A stretch of DNA of 64,000 nt from positions 25,780,339 through 25,844,338 of the forward strand of contig OZ037766.1 of NCBI GenBank assembly GCA_964035545.1. The letters are read 5' to 3'. The number at the start of each line of letters is the position of its first letter. Within the stretch, counting starts at the first letter, position 1. Position numbers and translations under genes: made by a program. Origin of the DNA: Bugula neritina. Taxonomy: Eukaryota > Animalia > Bryozoa. Below, in pieces: positions 51,448 to 64,000 of this stretch. Below the pieces are notes generated by a model. It ran no database searches, had not been told where the DNA came from, and saw nothing but the letters and a program-made list of their open reading frames with translations.

Positions 51448-51603
51448 TTATACTGAGGGACTTGTTCTATCAACACAAATTGCTGCCTTAAGTGTTGCAA
51501 ATCTTTGGAGGAAGTTCTGTCTTAGTGTTGAATTACCAATAATATAAATAAAAAAGTTTCCAGTGTGGTTACAGCTTTGTAACATGGCTACAACTTTGGC
51601 GAA
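51448..51603 (-). pseudogene. Second, 5'-truncated GPCR TM7/helix-8 fragment
   Basis: Translates as FAKVVAMLQSCNHTGNFFIYIIGNSTLRQNFLQRFATLKAAICVDRTSPSV*, homologous to 28394-28618; no clear acceptor, and it abuts a (TA)n run. Confidence 0.65.
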
Positions 51604-54600
51604 GGTGTGTGTTTCTCTACCCATATATATATATATATATATATATATTATTTGTGATTGTTTATTGTAATATTATGTGATATAAATGCAGAGTACTTTT
51701 TTACTTTATTGATGTAAAAAATTGTGATCCAAAGCTGCATACACTCTGAAAAACGCAACAAAATAAACTTTATATAAATTTTGAAAAATTAAATTGAGTC
51801 ATACCTTAATATTTTTTGAATAAATCAATATTTTGCCTTATTTGTTTCTCATAAATTATCTTAATATGACACAGTGAGGGAAACAATGCTTTTTTTTTTC
51901 TATGTAATAATGCATATGAGCTTTGCTGGAGTTTTATTTATTGCCTATAAATCAAAATCATACCTTGCTGTTAATATCAGAAATCAACTCAAATTTCCAT
52001 TAACCTGATAGAAAAAGATGCGCACATACATGTATAATAATATAAGCTAGCCGCAGGGCTGGAAATACGTAAGACGCAGTTGTCTTCCCCGCACTTCCGC
52101 GTCCACATTTTCATTTTTGCTGTTATACTGCGTATAGTACTTAATCGAGGTTTGATAGTTACTAATCTCGATACACACGGTTAAATGAGCGGCTCATAAT
52201 TATTCCGTTTGATGGTGACCTCTATAAGTATAATCATGCTGGAAGGTCAATTGTTTAATGCTAATCTCTGAGGGTTTCACATTGTGATTGTCATTGGTCC
52301 CAGAGGTTGGGAAATAACTTAGTAAGGTAAATACTAAATTAATACTACACAATTGAGTATCACAGTCACTTAATAATGATTTATCACCATTGTTAACAAC
52401 TATCAGTATCACTATTTAATAATTATTATAAATATAAGTATTAGTATAACATTACTATTACTATTACTATTAGTATTCGGTTTAACTGTAAGTCTAAGTG
52501 TAAGACTAAGTGTAACATTCACAGTCACTGTTAGTGTTAGTCACTGTAAGTGTAAGTTAAGCCTTAACGCCTAAAGTATATAACTATTCCAATTTCATTG
52601 TATTGACTTTGAGTATGTGTATGGTATTGGTAATATGGTATCACTATGCGTATGATAATCATAATGTTATTAATGTCAATGACAATAGTAAAATACTAAT
52701 AATAGACTACTACAAGTTGTAGTACTAATACTAATAGTAATAGTATTAGTAATATTATTACTAATAGTAATACTCATACTGTAATAGTAATATAGTTATC
52801 ATAGAATGAAATTCAAATTGAATATGATTTATTCATTAACTATTAGTATTAGATTTAGTATTTATAATACTAATAGTAATACTAATAGTAATAGTGATGC
52901 TGACACTGATAGTGATAGTCATAGTGATACTTATACTTATAGTTATATTATAATTAATATTATACTTATTGCTTATACTTAATCTTATGCTTATAGTCTT
53001 ATACTAAATTTTAAAGTTGCAGTAAAATCAAATAATAATAATAATATAACAACATTTTAATGTATATTAATAATTTTAATAAAAGTAGATATGTAATAAA
53101 TAATAATAATTGACTAATTACAGTTAGACTGTTACTAATACTAATTCAAGTAATTGTAATTATCATTTTTGTTAGTAAAATTATTAATAATGTCATTATT
53201 AATTATAATTCTTTATATTGTATTTATAAAATTAAATGTAAAAATAACTTTAAATAGCTCACTAAGTAGTGAGTTATTGAAACTGTGACAGCTTTACATC
53301 AACTATAAGAACGAACGACTCAAAATTAAAGGGCAATTGACAAGTTGTCAACAGAAAAACTTGCTTTGATCTTGCTCTTACTTCCAAACACTCGCAGTCA
53401 TAGTGATAATTTCAAGTTTAAGTAATGTTGAGTTGAGCTCTAGTCTGGTCCAGTCTAGTCATAGCCCTAGTTAGCAGAGATGTGTGCCTCATATGCTAAG
53501 AAGGGTAGCACATTAGACTATAAATCTGTTGCAGTTATGTAGGTACAGGTCACTAGCTGAATTGCTAATTATAATAGTCGAAATATAGACTATAGGAGCC
53601 ACATTCATAGCAAATGGATTGAAACTGTGAAACTGCCAGTAACTATGGTTATTATTATTTTCCATGAGTATCTGTATTTTCTCTCCAGTTACTTCTGCCT
53701 CTTTAGCTGAAGCCGTATACCATTAAACATGAATAAAAGTGCCCGATTCCCAAGGCCCACTTTACTCTATTCCAGGGATTCTGGGCATAGTCTAGATCTA
53801 GATTACCTAATAATATATTATATTACCACATGAATAATAGTGTTGAGTATAATAATTGTTTTACTATTACTACGTCTTCCAATGCAAAATCTACATGGTA
53901 GAATCAAATTACATACTATCAGTTTAGTGTAATATCTTTATCACTATGATATATGTTGTAAAATTAGTAACTTGATACCAGTATAAGTATCCTATTGTAT
54001 GATAATCTACATTCAGTCTGGTGCTAATGTTAGTATTAACAGACAATACAGGTAGTAATCCATCAATGGTATCAATAAAATATGTTACACTTGATGTAAT
54101 TTGGTTTGTATAGATGTTGGACAGCTCTCAGTGATACCACTGCCATAACTAAACACGTTAAATCCTCTTTCGAGGACGATTCATTTTAATTCGGACAGTA
54201 ATTAAAATTATTTACCAAGTCAAACAACTGAATTTTTGAAATCATATTTTTACAGCAAAACAGATTGTTCCAGTTATCAAAGTAGCAGAAGGACAGTTTT
54301 GGTTCTGCTTGTGATATGCATCCTTTTAGAACTGAACTTGCCAACTTGTTAGTTTTGAACTGAAAAGTTGATTTGTTAGGGGCTCTTACTAACCCAGTTA
54401 CAGTTGCTACTGGAGAGTTACCATTACAAGTCACTGTGAGTTATCAGTAAAAGCTGTTAGCTTATGACTGTATTACTGCTACAGCTACTTTCTTGCTAGC
54501 CACGGTAATAGTATTATGCTGAATAGTGAAGCTCAAGTGGCTTAACTTACTATTTGCTAGTAACCAACAGCTCTTTTATTTTGATTTTAGCCACTCCATT

Positions 54601-55679
54601 AACTACTTAGCCTAGTAACTAGTACTCCAACTCTCCAGTATGCTACCCCATGTGGCAATAAATGTTATTTGTCCATTTCATTGACTGGTTTTCATTTCTT
54701 TGTTCTTTGATGTTTTCATTTATGACAGTTACAAGATCCTTTGTCTTAGTAGATATTAAAACTCCCCGATATTTTTTATCAATAGTGCTGGGATACTGTT
54801 AGTCATTTACACAAGATTGGGAGGTGACCATCACCAAACTATTCTACTACATTTAATCTATTAGTATTGTCTACACTCTACACTTTGTGGCTTGCTCAGG
54901 TTGCTCTTATGGTCTAGCTGTTGACTGAGTTAGGATGATCTGTGGTTTAATCAGGTCGAAATGGTCAATGTTATTGTTTCTCTAAACATATATAAACCAA
55001 CAACAGTTGAGGGACTGGTTATTTTATTTTTCTTTTCTTGAACTTTGTTATCAATTAATATTTCCTTTAGTTCCAGCTATCTTAACTACATTATGATTCC
55101 AACCACAATGATTATGGTGTTGCACATGCTATTGTTACACTGGTTTAACTGTTAGTTATGTCACAACCATGGATATTATACCATTATATAGGTTATTGTC
55201 TTGTGACCAGTTGAAGTCTCCGGCTACATTTAGTTAGGTGATGTTAATCTAGTATGGGTAGTAATAGCTGTGCAAATCTCATCAAACTTTATGGTTTTAT
55301 TGTTTGTGTAAATGCATCTTGTTCTGATAGTAAGATTGGAATGTAACTTCAAAAGAACTACTAGCATTTACTTGCTGATATTTCTTTTCAAGGTGAAAGT
55401 ATACAGTCAACTTTAACAGATACACTTAAAGTAGAGGAACGTTTTGGCACCAGTGCATGCTGTCTAATTCCAAGTCTGGGATCTTCTGGGATGTTGTCAT
55501 ATCTTCTGGAATATTCTGGAATATTGTGAGATGTAAACTTAGCTTCAGAACTACTATATTCTCAGTTGGGAGTCAATCATGGCACACGACTGAAGGGGAC
55601 TGACTATCTGTGAACTCTAACATATCTGTGATCATTCACCCTCCACACAATCTCCTAACTGATAAACACTAGAGTCGTC

Positions 55680-58600
55680 ATGGTGCTGCAGGCACTAGAG
55701 TTCAGTGACTGTATCTTAGACAGCCCACACTTCCGGGAGAGACTCTACGCCCATGAGAAGGAGCTGGATAACACCAGCAAAGTTATTAAAAAGATCATAC
55801 AGGAGGGTAAAGACCTCATACATGCAGCTAAAAGTGAGTGTACAGATTTATGTGTACATCAGCTTGTAGCATGGCTAAACCACCACAGTGAAACCTGTTT
55901 GCAGTAGTGAGTAGAGACTGTTTCATTGTCTACTATTTCTTTTGCCACACACAGTAATGTGGCTGCTGTAGTATCACTGTTGTATCTTCAGTTATACCCA
56001 CCTCTAGCACAAGTGTGTTGAAGCCAAGTAGTTCTGGCTAACTGAATACTATGCTGGTATGACTATGCAAGAGTCAGCTATGTGCAAGTGGACATTGACT
56101 TGCCTTTTCCCTGTAGAAACATAAGTAACTGAGAACTTATATACACTCTCTATTGAATTATGCTTTGTCATCAGTGATTTACAAGGTTATAGGATCTAGT
56201 GTGTACTAAATAATGTTGCTGGGGTGATTGGGAATCTGAATAAATATGGGCTGCTGCCGCTGCTGTTACTGCAGGCAGCACTTCTGTAAAGTTCAACTTA
56301 CTATGTGTTTGAGTGCCTGCAGTAAGTCTCAGGAATGTGTGCTTATTGAATCTCTCTGATGTTATATATACACTAACTTGCTACTTTACCTTAGAGCTAA
56401 TGTTTTGGATATGATTGATTAGGTCAATGAATTAGTGTAATTACCTCAGCATGTTGAATGCTATAAGATAACAACTGCTCAAGCATTCCTGTATGCTACA
56501 CACTCTATAGTCTATACTCTATACTCTATAGTCTATACTTTATAGTCTATGCTCTATAGTCACTGCTCTATACTCTATAGTCTATACTCTATAGTCTATA
56601 CTCTATAGTCTCTGCTCTATAGTTTCTGCTCTATAGTCTCTGCTCTATACTCTATAGTCTATACTCTACAGTCTATACTCTATAGTCTATACTCTACAGT
56701 CTATACTCTATAGTCTGTAGTCTATACTCTATAGTCCATACTCTATAGTCCATACTCTATAGTCTATACTCTATAGTCTATACTCTATAGTCTATACTCT
56801 ATAGTCTACACTCTATAGTCTATACTCTATATGGTACTCTAAGTACTTTTAGGTTAGTATTTAGAATGCATGTAAGCGTAACATCAAGCACAGCACCCGT
56901 TAATGTACACTGACTCCACTGTAACTTTCTATGACTTTTCATCTTAATACTCTGCTGTATTTACTAGTAAGTAGCATTACCAACTCACTGTCTATTACCA
57001 AGCATAATCTCTCTATGTTAGAGGCAATAATATGTTCCAGAAAGAAATCTGATGACATAAAAGCAGCTATACACTCACACTAGCAAGGTTACAGTCATTT
57101 GTAGAAAGTGTGGTTAATAATTCTACTATCCAAACCAAGACACACCTAAGACAAACACAGCTAAATTACACATAAACAGAGAATAAGTTGAGAAATGCAC
57201 TAAAAGGAAGTGACATGCTGCTCTAAGCATTGCTTGATTATCCTCAAACTTTTCAAGACTTTGAAGTTGGAACTGCTTCTAAACTGCAAGTGGTGAACAA
57301 TTTTCATTTATCTGGTATTTCTCACAGCAGGCATTGCAGTGACAGTAAAGCTCCACGTGTTCCGATATAAATCTAACAATTGCTTAGAGTTTGATACTAA
57401 AATATTGCTCACTTTTTTCAATTGGACAATGATTTTTGTTAGGAATCATTCCTCTACTTCGTCCTACATTCCACATTTTTGATGTCAGCTATTATCTTGT
57501 AGCATTGACACACTTGCTAGGAAATAGTGCATTGTAATAGTTGACAACTTTCTAGCATTGGGCAACCTTCAGCAGCATTGGTTAGAAAAGCTTGTGTGAA
57601 TTGGTTCACTTGAATCTATTGGAAATAGGTGTCAGTTTACTCACTGATTAGCTATTTATCTTAGCAAGTATTGTATTCTGCTTGGGTAACTTCCTTTTGA
57701 ACTACAGTGTAGCATGCTGAGTAAGTGAATGCAGAAAGCTAACAATATACAGAAAAAAAGATGAATGGAAAATCTGCATTTGCTGTCTACGATTTGGTTA
57801 TTGTACTTTTTACTATGCACACCCTGCAATCTGTCAGGAGAGAAAGTTGGAATAACTTAAATTTGATCATAAGTTGAACTCATTAGTGTTTACATGACTA
57901 AGTTACTAAAATCTGGTTGTATTATTGATCAACTACGTAGTCATTTGCTCTAAGCCCACCCACACCTTTTTAGAGTCACACCGTACTTTCAGCACTAGGC
58001 AAAGCAATTAGCAATAGGAATGCATATTATGTACAAGTGAAAAGATTGTGTGAATAGCCACACTATAGCTCCACTGTGTGGTATTCTTTAACCTGCATTT
58101 GAGTGCTATTAGTAGATAATAGCACTTCCTAGTAGTTGGTAATGCTGCTGGTAATCATTTAGATAGAAAAGTTGACCCAGTAAAAACTGATTTTTCACAC
58201 TGTAGATATGTGATAAGAGATGGGAGTCATCAGTCTGTTAATGTACTGACAACTCCCATATAATGTTATATATTCTTATATTATAGTAACTAAGACTGTC
58301 TCCCCCATCTAGTTATATGTGGAACTAGTCAACAATCTAGTGCTTGTTGATGGGTTTTTTATTAGGAATGCTTTACTCCTGTATTTAGGCATTTTGTAAA
58401 CCTGCAAGTTTTTCAAGTGCCAAATTATGTTATTATATACAAATTAATTTCATCTAGGAAATGTAATAAAGCAAAAAATGAAAACTAGAAGCTATTCTTA
58501 GCGTACTATTAGGAGTTATCTCATCAGATATGTAGTTTTCTCTAGTACTGGAAATGAGCCATTCTCACACCTTTTATACTAGCCTATACAAGATGCTAAG

Positions 58601-59454
58601 TTGTGGTATATCTATGAGACCAAAACTTCCTGAAATTGAGTTCAACTTTACCTAATTTGTAGCTTCTCCTCTTAAACATATATTTTTTATGTAATGTTGA
58701 CTTTTACCTGCATACTACTACCCATTGTTCCCGTGCTAAGTTGACATGCTATATCGTATAACTACTGCTAGAGTTGTCTTATCTATGCTAACAGAAACCC
58801 TTTGCTATGATGAGCAATAACATTTATTACATTTATCAATTTATGTCCCCATGTATATTCACATAATATACTACTGTAACATCATAGTTAGATGTTATAT
58901 TAAATAGCAGATTGGCATATTGCCAATTCTTTGTAACACTTCTATGGTAGCCGATGGGCATGGCTTAAAATTATGGGAACAAAAATCTAACCTATGCTCT
59001 CACTGGCCAATTAATATTAAATCAATGGCCTGTAATAGTCATGTTCTAACTATGTCATTGTCCAGCTGCGAGCTGTAATGATAACAAAATTAAATCACTC
59101 TGCCCACTCGATTGTGATTTCCTGAGTAATAACTACGTACAGTAGCTTAATTATATAATATGTATCATAGTGTCATGCTTTCACTATCTTTACATTTGTC
59201 ATATCAGCAGCAGCAATAGTAGTAGTAGTAGTAGTAGTAGTAGCAGCAGTGGTAGTAGTGGTGGTAATGGTAGTAGTGGTAGTATAGTAGTAGCTAGTAG
59301 TAATAGCAGTAGTAGTAGTGGTAGTAGCAGTAGTAGTAGTGGTAGTAGCAGTAGTAGCAGTACTAGTAGTAGTAGTAGTAGTAATAGCAGTAGTAGTAGT
59401 GGTAGTAGCAGTAGTAGCAGTACTAGTAGTAGTAGTAGTAATAGCAGTAGTAGC

Positions 59455-59495
<41 letters not shown>

Positions 59496-61755
59496 CAGTA
59501 CTAGTAGTAGCAGTAGTGGTAGCAGTACTAGTAGTAGTAGTAGTAGTAGTAGTATAGTAGTAGTAGTAGTAGTAGTAATAATCGCTGTTATTATATTGGT
59601 GTATGGTGAATAGTGTGAATAGTGTAAGCCAAGTCCTTACCTCTGAAATATGTGAAAAGTTTCATGTGGTATTTCATCTGTAACTTGCATGAGTCAATGT
59701 AGGTCTAGGAAATCAATGCAGCCGGAAGTTTTCAAAGTTGTGCTCCCCTCCCCGTGTTTAACATTTGGTGCAGAAAAGTGCTCCTTTACCCTGCATGTCT
59801 GTCTGTATGTTTCTCACTGCTTCTCACAGTACTCGTTTTAGTCCTTGCAGGTTATTAGTTTGTATGTTACGATGTAAGTAGTAGTATGTATATTGTAATG
59901 TAAGTAATGCTTTGTATATTGTAGTGTAAGTAATGGTATGTATGTTGTAGTGTAAGTAATGGTATGTATATTGTAGTGTGAGCAATAGTATGTATGTTGT
60001 AGTGTAAGTAATGCTTTGTATATTGTAGTGTAAGTAATGCTTTGTATCTTGTAGTGTAAGTAATGGTATGTATATTGTAGTGTAAGTAATGCTTTGTATA
60101 TTGTAGTGTAAGTAATAGTATGTATGTTGTAGCCTATGCTAAAGCACAGAGAAGCTTTGCTCAAACACTTTTAGACTTCAAGTTTGAGACTATTGGATCA
60201 CAGCAAACTGATGAGGAAATAGTTATTAGTGAGTATTTCCTCTCTCCTTCCCTTCCACTAGCATTGAGCTATGTCAGTATATCCACATGCTTAGTGTGTG
60301 TTTATTTGTATGTGTACCCATGTGTAGATCATTGTGCAGTGTTCATATCTATATTTAGAGCATGGGGTAGAGTAGAGATATGTTAGAACTCGTCTTAAAG
60401 CTGTCAAGTTACATTTATGTAGTGTTGGAATATCAAGAAATATTCATTCATTAGAAAAGTACGGTTTCAGGGTTGTGTCCCAAAATTTAGTTATAATAAA
60501 TGTTGTGTGCATGTTTTCAATTCGTTCATAATTTCAGTTAACCGGCTGAGCTTCATCAGCGTTAGAATTTACTAATACCTTGTTCACATGAACGACTACA
60601 TACGTGAACACGGTGTGCTTGGGTGTACAACTCCAAATTTTTGGGTTGTAGCAGATTTGATTACTATTTAAGTGTAGCTAGTCAACCCTGCCTAATTATG
60701 TAATATTACACATATGAATAGACTACCATTCATACAGCATACTGTGTGCATACAGTCTAGATACCAGCTATATGTTGATAAACTAGACATAGTTTTAGTG
60801 TCTGTAGCTGTACATAATAGCCCGCATGTCTGCTACATATGAGATTGTACACGCAAATATTTCGGTAATTTTTCAGGCAAATCACTGAAAACTTTTGGTG
60901 AATTAATAACTTCAATAGAAGAGGCAAGGGACACAATGGTGAGTGACTGGTATAGGCTATAAACTGTAGCGTTTAGCGTTCAAGTTAGCGGCACACTGTC
61001 CCCCACCCGTTGTAACAGTGTGATTAGACCGTGTTCACACTTTAGTTATACTATATTGATGTGAGCCATTATACTTCTACTTTTTCAGAGCTCAGTCCAA
61101 TAAATTGATTGAAGCGAATTCATATTCATTGTACATCATATTTCTGCACTTTTTTTAAAACTATTCATGTCTTTTGCTTGTACAAAATTTTTCATTAGTT
61201 TAAACTTTGACCTGTGTAGAATGTGGTCTAAAGTAAAGATAGGTAGAATCATAAGTTGTCAAATTGATAGAGCAATGCTGGTCATTATTAGTCATCATTA
61301 CAGCATATAAGTACTACATTGTGGTATTATACAGTTTGCATTCAATTAGAGCTCTCGTTTGATTCTTGCTTGGTTTCTGTAGATGGAGAAAGTGAAAGAA
61401 ACTTTTGTTGACAAACTTGAAGAGTTTAGGAAAAGTCACATAGTATCAGCAAAGGTGAGATAATTTATATAAGGCAGAACTAAATACAGGGCATTTAGAC
61501 ATAAGGCAGATAACTCCTTGTTTAATGATGTATATAATACAGAGGGTGTGTAGATAACTCCTAAAACATATTTAATGTACTGTACTTCAGCAAAGCATTT
61601 ACTTTACACACTTTTCATGCAATGTGTTGGTAATGTACTTGTGTGTTTAGGATGAAAGAAAGCGTTTTGAAAAGACTACCAAGCAATATTGTACAGCACT
61701 GGAGAAACACTTGTCTTTAAAACCCGGCAAATCTGCGGAGGGCCAGATTCAAGAG
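55680..61755 (+). CDS. GRAF/oligophrenin-family RhoGAP (ARHGAP26/ARHGAP10/ARHGAP42/OPHN1 group), N-terminal BAR domain; incomplete at the 3' end
   Basis: Exons 55680-55833, 60133-60228, 60877-60938, 61383-61454, 61651-61755: LEFSDCILDSPHFRERLYAHEKELDNTSKVIK...AQRSFAQTLLDFKFETIGSQQTDEEIVISKSLKTFG...LEEFRKSHI...KDERKRFEKTTKQYCTALEKHLSL. Later exons were not found in the window. Confidence 0.92.
56503..56832. repeat. 14-bp minisatellite (CTCTATAGTCTATA)n
   Basis: About 23 tandem copies, intronic. Confidence 0.95.
59205..59580. repeat. (AGT)n trinucleotide microsatellite
   Basis: Intronic; gives the spurious poly-Ser/poly-Val ORFs. Confidence 0.95.
59868..60132. repeat. 26-bp minisatellite (TATTGTAGTGTAAGTAATGCTTTGTA) ending at a splice acceptor
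   Basis: About 10 copies; the last copy supplies the AG at 60131-60132. Confidence 0.9.
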
Positions 61756-62404
61756 GTAACTATAGCAACACATACACACAGGCTACGCTACAAACACTGT
61801 GTGCTCTACCAGTAGTACCTCATAAATTATGGCAACACATTTAGTAGAGACTAGCTTTGCTTCTACTCTATCATATTATTTTTATTGTAGAATTTTTAAA
61901 ATTTCACAAACATCATCACTATGGCAAGGTTGTGTTAACAAAGTCAGTTTTTTTGGTAGCTTTACAAATTATAGAAACTGTAGAGAAATTTATGGTTTGA
62001 AGAGAAATTTTTAGAATAAAACTAAAAACTATTAAACTCAGAAATACACCTTAAAAGAATTGTTCCAAAAGCTTTTATTTTAAACAAAAGTTTCTTCATT
62101 ATTGTGCTGTAAACCAACTTCAGCTTAGGGAAGTTTTTCAATACTTGGTAAACTGCTGGGCAAAAGGAAGAAAGTAAAAAGTCTAAGCATTAAAAGTTAT
62201 CTGTAATGCTTACACATGACTTCGTAAACATGTGTCTATCGCTGTTTTGTATGCTGCCTATAAGTTACAATTTATTTTCTTCAATCAAACTTTGTTAGGT
62301 CAATATAGTAGATTTTCACAAAAAGAAAACAATGGAAATCAAATTTGGTTTTGCCAAGGTTATATAGAATTTTATTCAGCAATGCTAACGAAAACTCTGC
62401 TTTT

Positions 62405-62612
62405 AGGGCGCTTTCGGATTCCCTACGCGTAGGGGTAACTGTAGGCCCTACGCGATGACCATTCGGTAACCGTCACGCGTAGGGCGCAATTATTCGAGCA
62501 ATTACAGTAATTTTACTCTGACATTGCGTCATTTTTGTAAACGAGTGTAAGCGATAGAATAGGTAGTTACCCCTACGCGTACCCAGGGTACTCGTGGTTA
62601 CCGAACATGCAT
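62405..62612. mobile_element. CpG-rich MITE-like element with nested inverted repeats
   Basis: Palindrome CCCTACGCGTAGGG; TACGCGTAGGGGTAACT versus AGTTACCCCTACGCGTA; TTCGGTAACC versus GGTTACCGAA. Confidence 0.55.
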
Positions 62613-64000
62613 CGATCAAAGTATTAGCCTTAGTAACTAATAACACACTATGATTTTAAAGCTACATTAGCGAAACCATTCGCAGAAAGAATGTTTGTAT
62701 AACTACCGCTCAACTGCTGTTTTCTCCAATGTACTTTTCTTTTATTGTACTAGCAGCTAATCTTTGGTATATATAATCTAGTTCTCAAGCTGAATAGTAT
62801 TAATTACTACTTGAACTTATCGTCACTTTACACCAACAGAACAAAATGTTTATTTCATCATTCATTCAATGTTTCAATTACAGTGTTTATATTTTTTTAC
62901 AACTTGAAATTATTATATATGATATTACATACTCTAATACAAAGAGAAGACAATTTTACATTTAAGTGTTGCAACTCGCCAAAATTCAAATGAAATGCTT
63001 TTCTCATTTATGCATGTGAAGCCTAGAATGCTACTAAACCAATAGAAATAGGTCATTCTATCACTTGATAATAATTATCATGCTAGTAATTTATAATTGC
63101 TAATAACAATAAAAATACAATGGTGACAACAGCTTGTTGTAACTACACAATTGAAGTTATATGGCAATATATGAGCTGTTTGGATTAGCCTAAATAATAC
63201 TAATGGCTTAAATTAGATAAAAATAGCTAGTATATACATAGTACTAGAGCAGTGAGTGAAGATTTATAACTTAAAAGAACAAATAGTACATTACAAAATC
63301 CACAAGGCATTATCAAAATACCTGAATGATTATAAAGATGGTAAACAACATTGTATATGTTCTATTATAGCAACACAATATGAATGGAACAGAAATGTAA
63401 TTTTACAGCAAAAGTTATAGTGATTGACTAAAACACATTGATAAAGAAATTTTGGCAAATCTGCAGAATGTCAGGACAGCCACATCTACTAGCACTCCTC
63501 AGTAGCACCTGTCAAGTCATTGGCAAATCTGCTTCTCCATCCCATCGACTCAGACTAAAACAAGAAGTTATACGCTAAAAGTAAAATACAGTAATTTAGA
63601 ATATCAATCATACAACTGCAGGATTAAAACTATCAACTATTATATTTGCATTTAATAAAACTTTAATATTTCATGAAATTCCATGCTATACTATGCTGAT
63701 ACTCATAATCATAGTGATAGTAATACTGATATAATTTAGTGATAGGTGACAATCATAATGATAATGATAATCAATAACGATAATGATAATAATATTTATT
63801 AATAATAATGCAAATAATCATAATGTTAAACTTAATGTTATGTTTATTACAAATTGAAATACAATTACCGATTAGTGAATTACTATTAGTATTAGTAATA
63901 CTAATACTGTAATACTGTAATACTAATAGTAATACTAAAGTAATAGTAATACTAATAGTAATAGTATTACTATTACTATTAGTATTAGTATTAGTATAAC

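Noticed and set aside
59170-59613. Poly-Ser ORF with apparent TM tail
   Set aside because: (AGT)n microsatellite; the hydrophobic tail is a frame slip of the same repeat.
63460-63556. Possible minus-strand exon nested in the RhoGAP intron
   Set aside because: A good acceptor at 63555, but all frames close quickly and no homology is recognisable; it could be UTR but cannot be supported.

Overview
This is AT-rich, intron-rich eukaryotic (invertebrate animal) genomic DNA, not prokaryotic. No rRNA, tRNA or CRISPR features were seen. Most long ORFs in the supplied track are microsatellite artefacts or single exons running into introns. Manual GT-AG splicing with phase checks gives eight genes: (1) secreted NHL beta-propeller protein, paralog A (+, 5' end not resolved, 315-3480); (2) TDRD3 (+, 4432-11367); (3) glycerol kinase 5-like (-, 19776-12353); (4) NHL-propeller paralog B (+, 23259-26564); (5) secreted Reeler-domain protein with a Gly/Pro/Arg repeat tail (-, 34640 to ~30791); (6) ankyrin-repeat DHHC palmitoyltransferase (-, 46578-37850); (7) RBX1 (+, 48109-50117); (8) the BAR-domain start of a GRAF/oligophrenin RhoGAP (+, 55680 to beyond 61755). 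The most notable observations are: a pair of apparently mutually exclusive exons encoding alternative post-DHHC transmembrane hairpins in the palmitoyltransferase; two divergent paralogs defining a secreted NHL + mini-HYR-like + unnamed Cys-domain family with identical exon phases; a TDRD3 apparently lacking its UBA domain but carrying an SYGQ-type repeat; two orphan GPCR TM7/helix-8 fragments; minisatellites seeded on splice sites; and scrambled hexamer-periodic tracts flanking likely housekeeping promoters. Exon coordinates were read by eye and may be off by a few bases.
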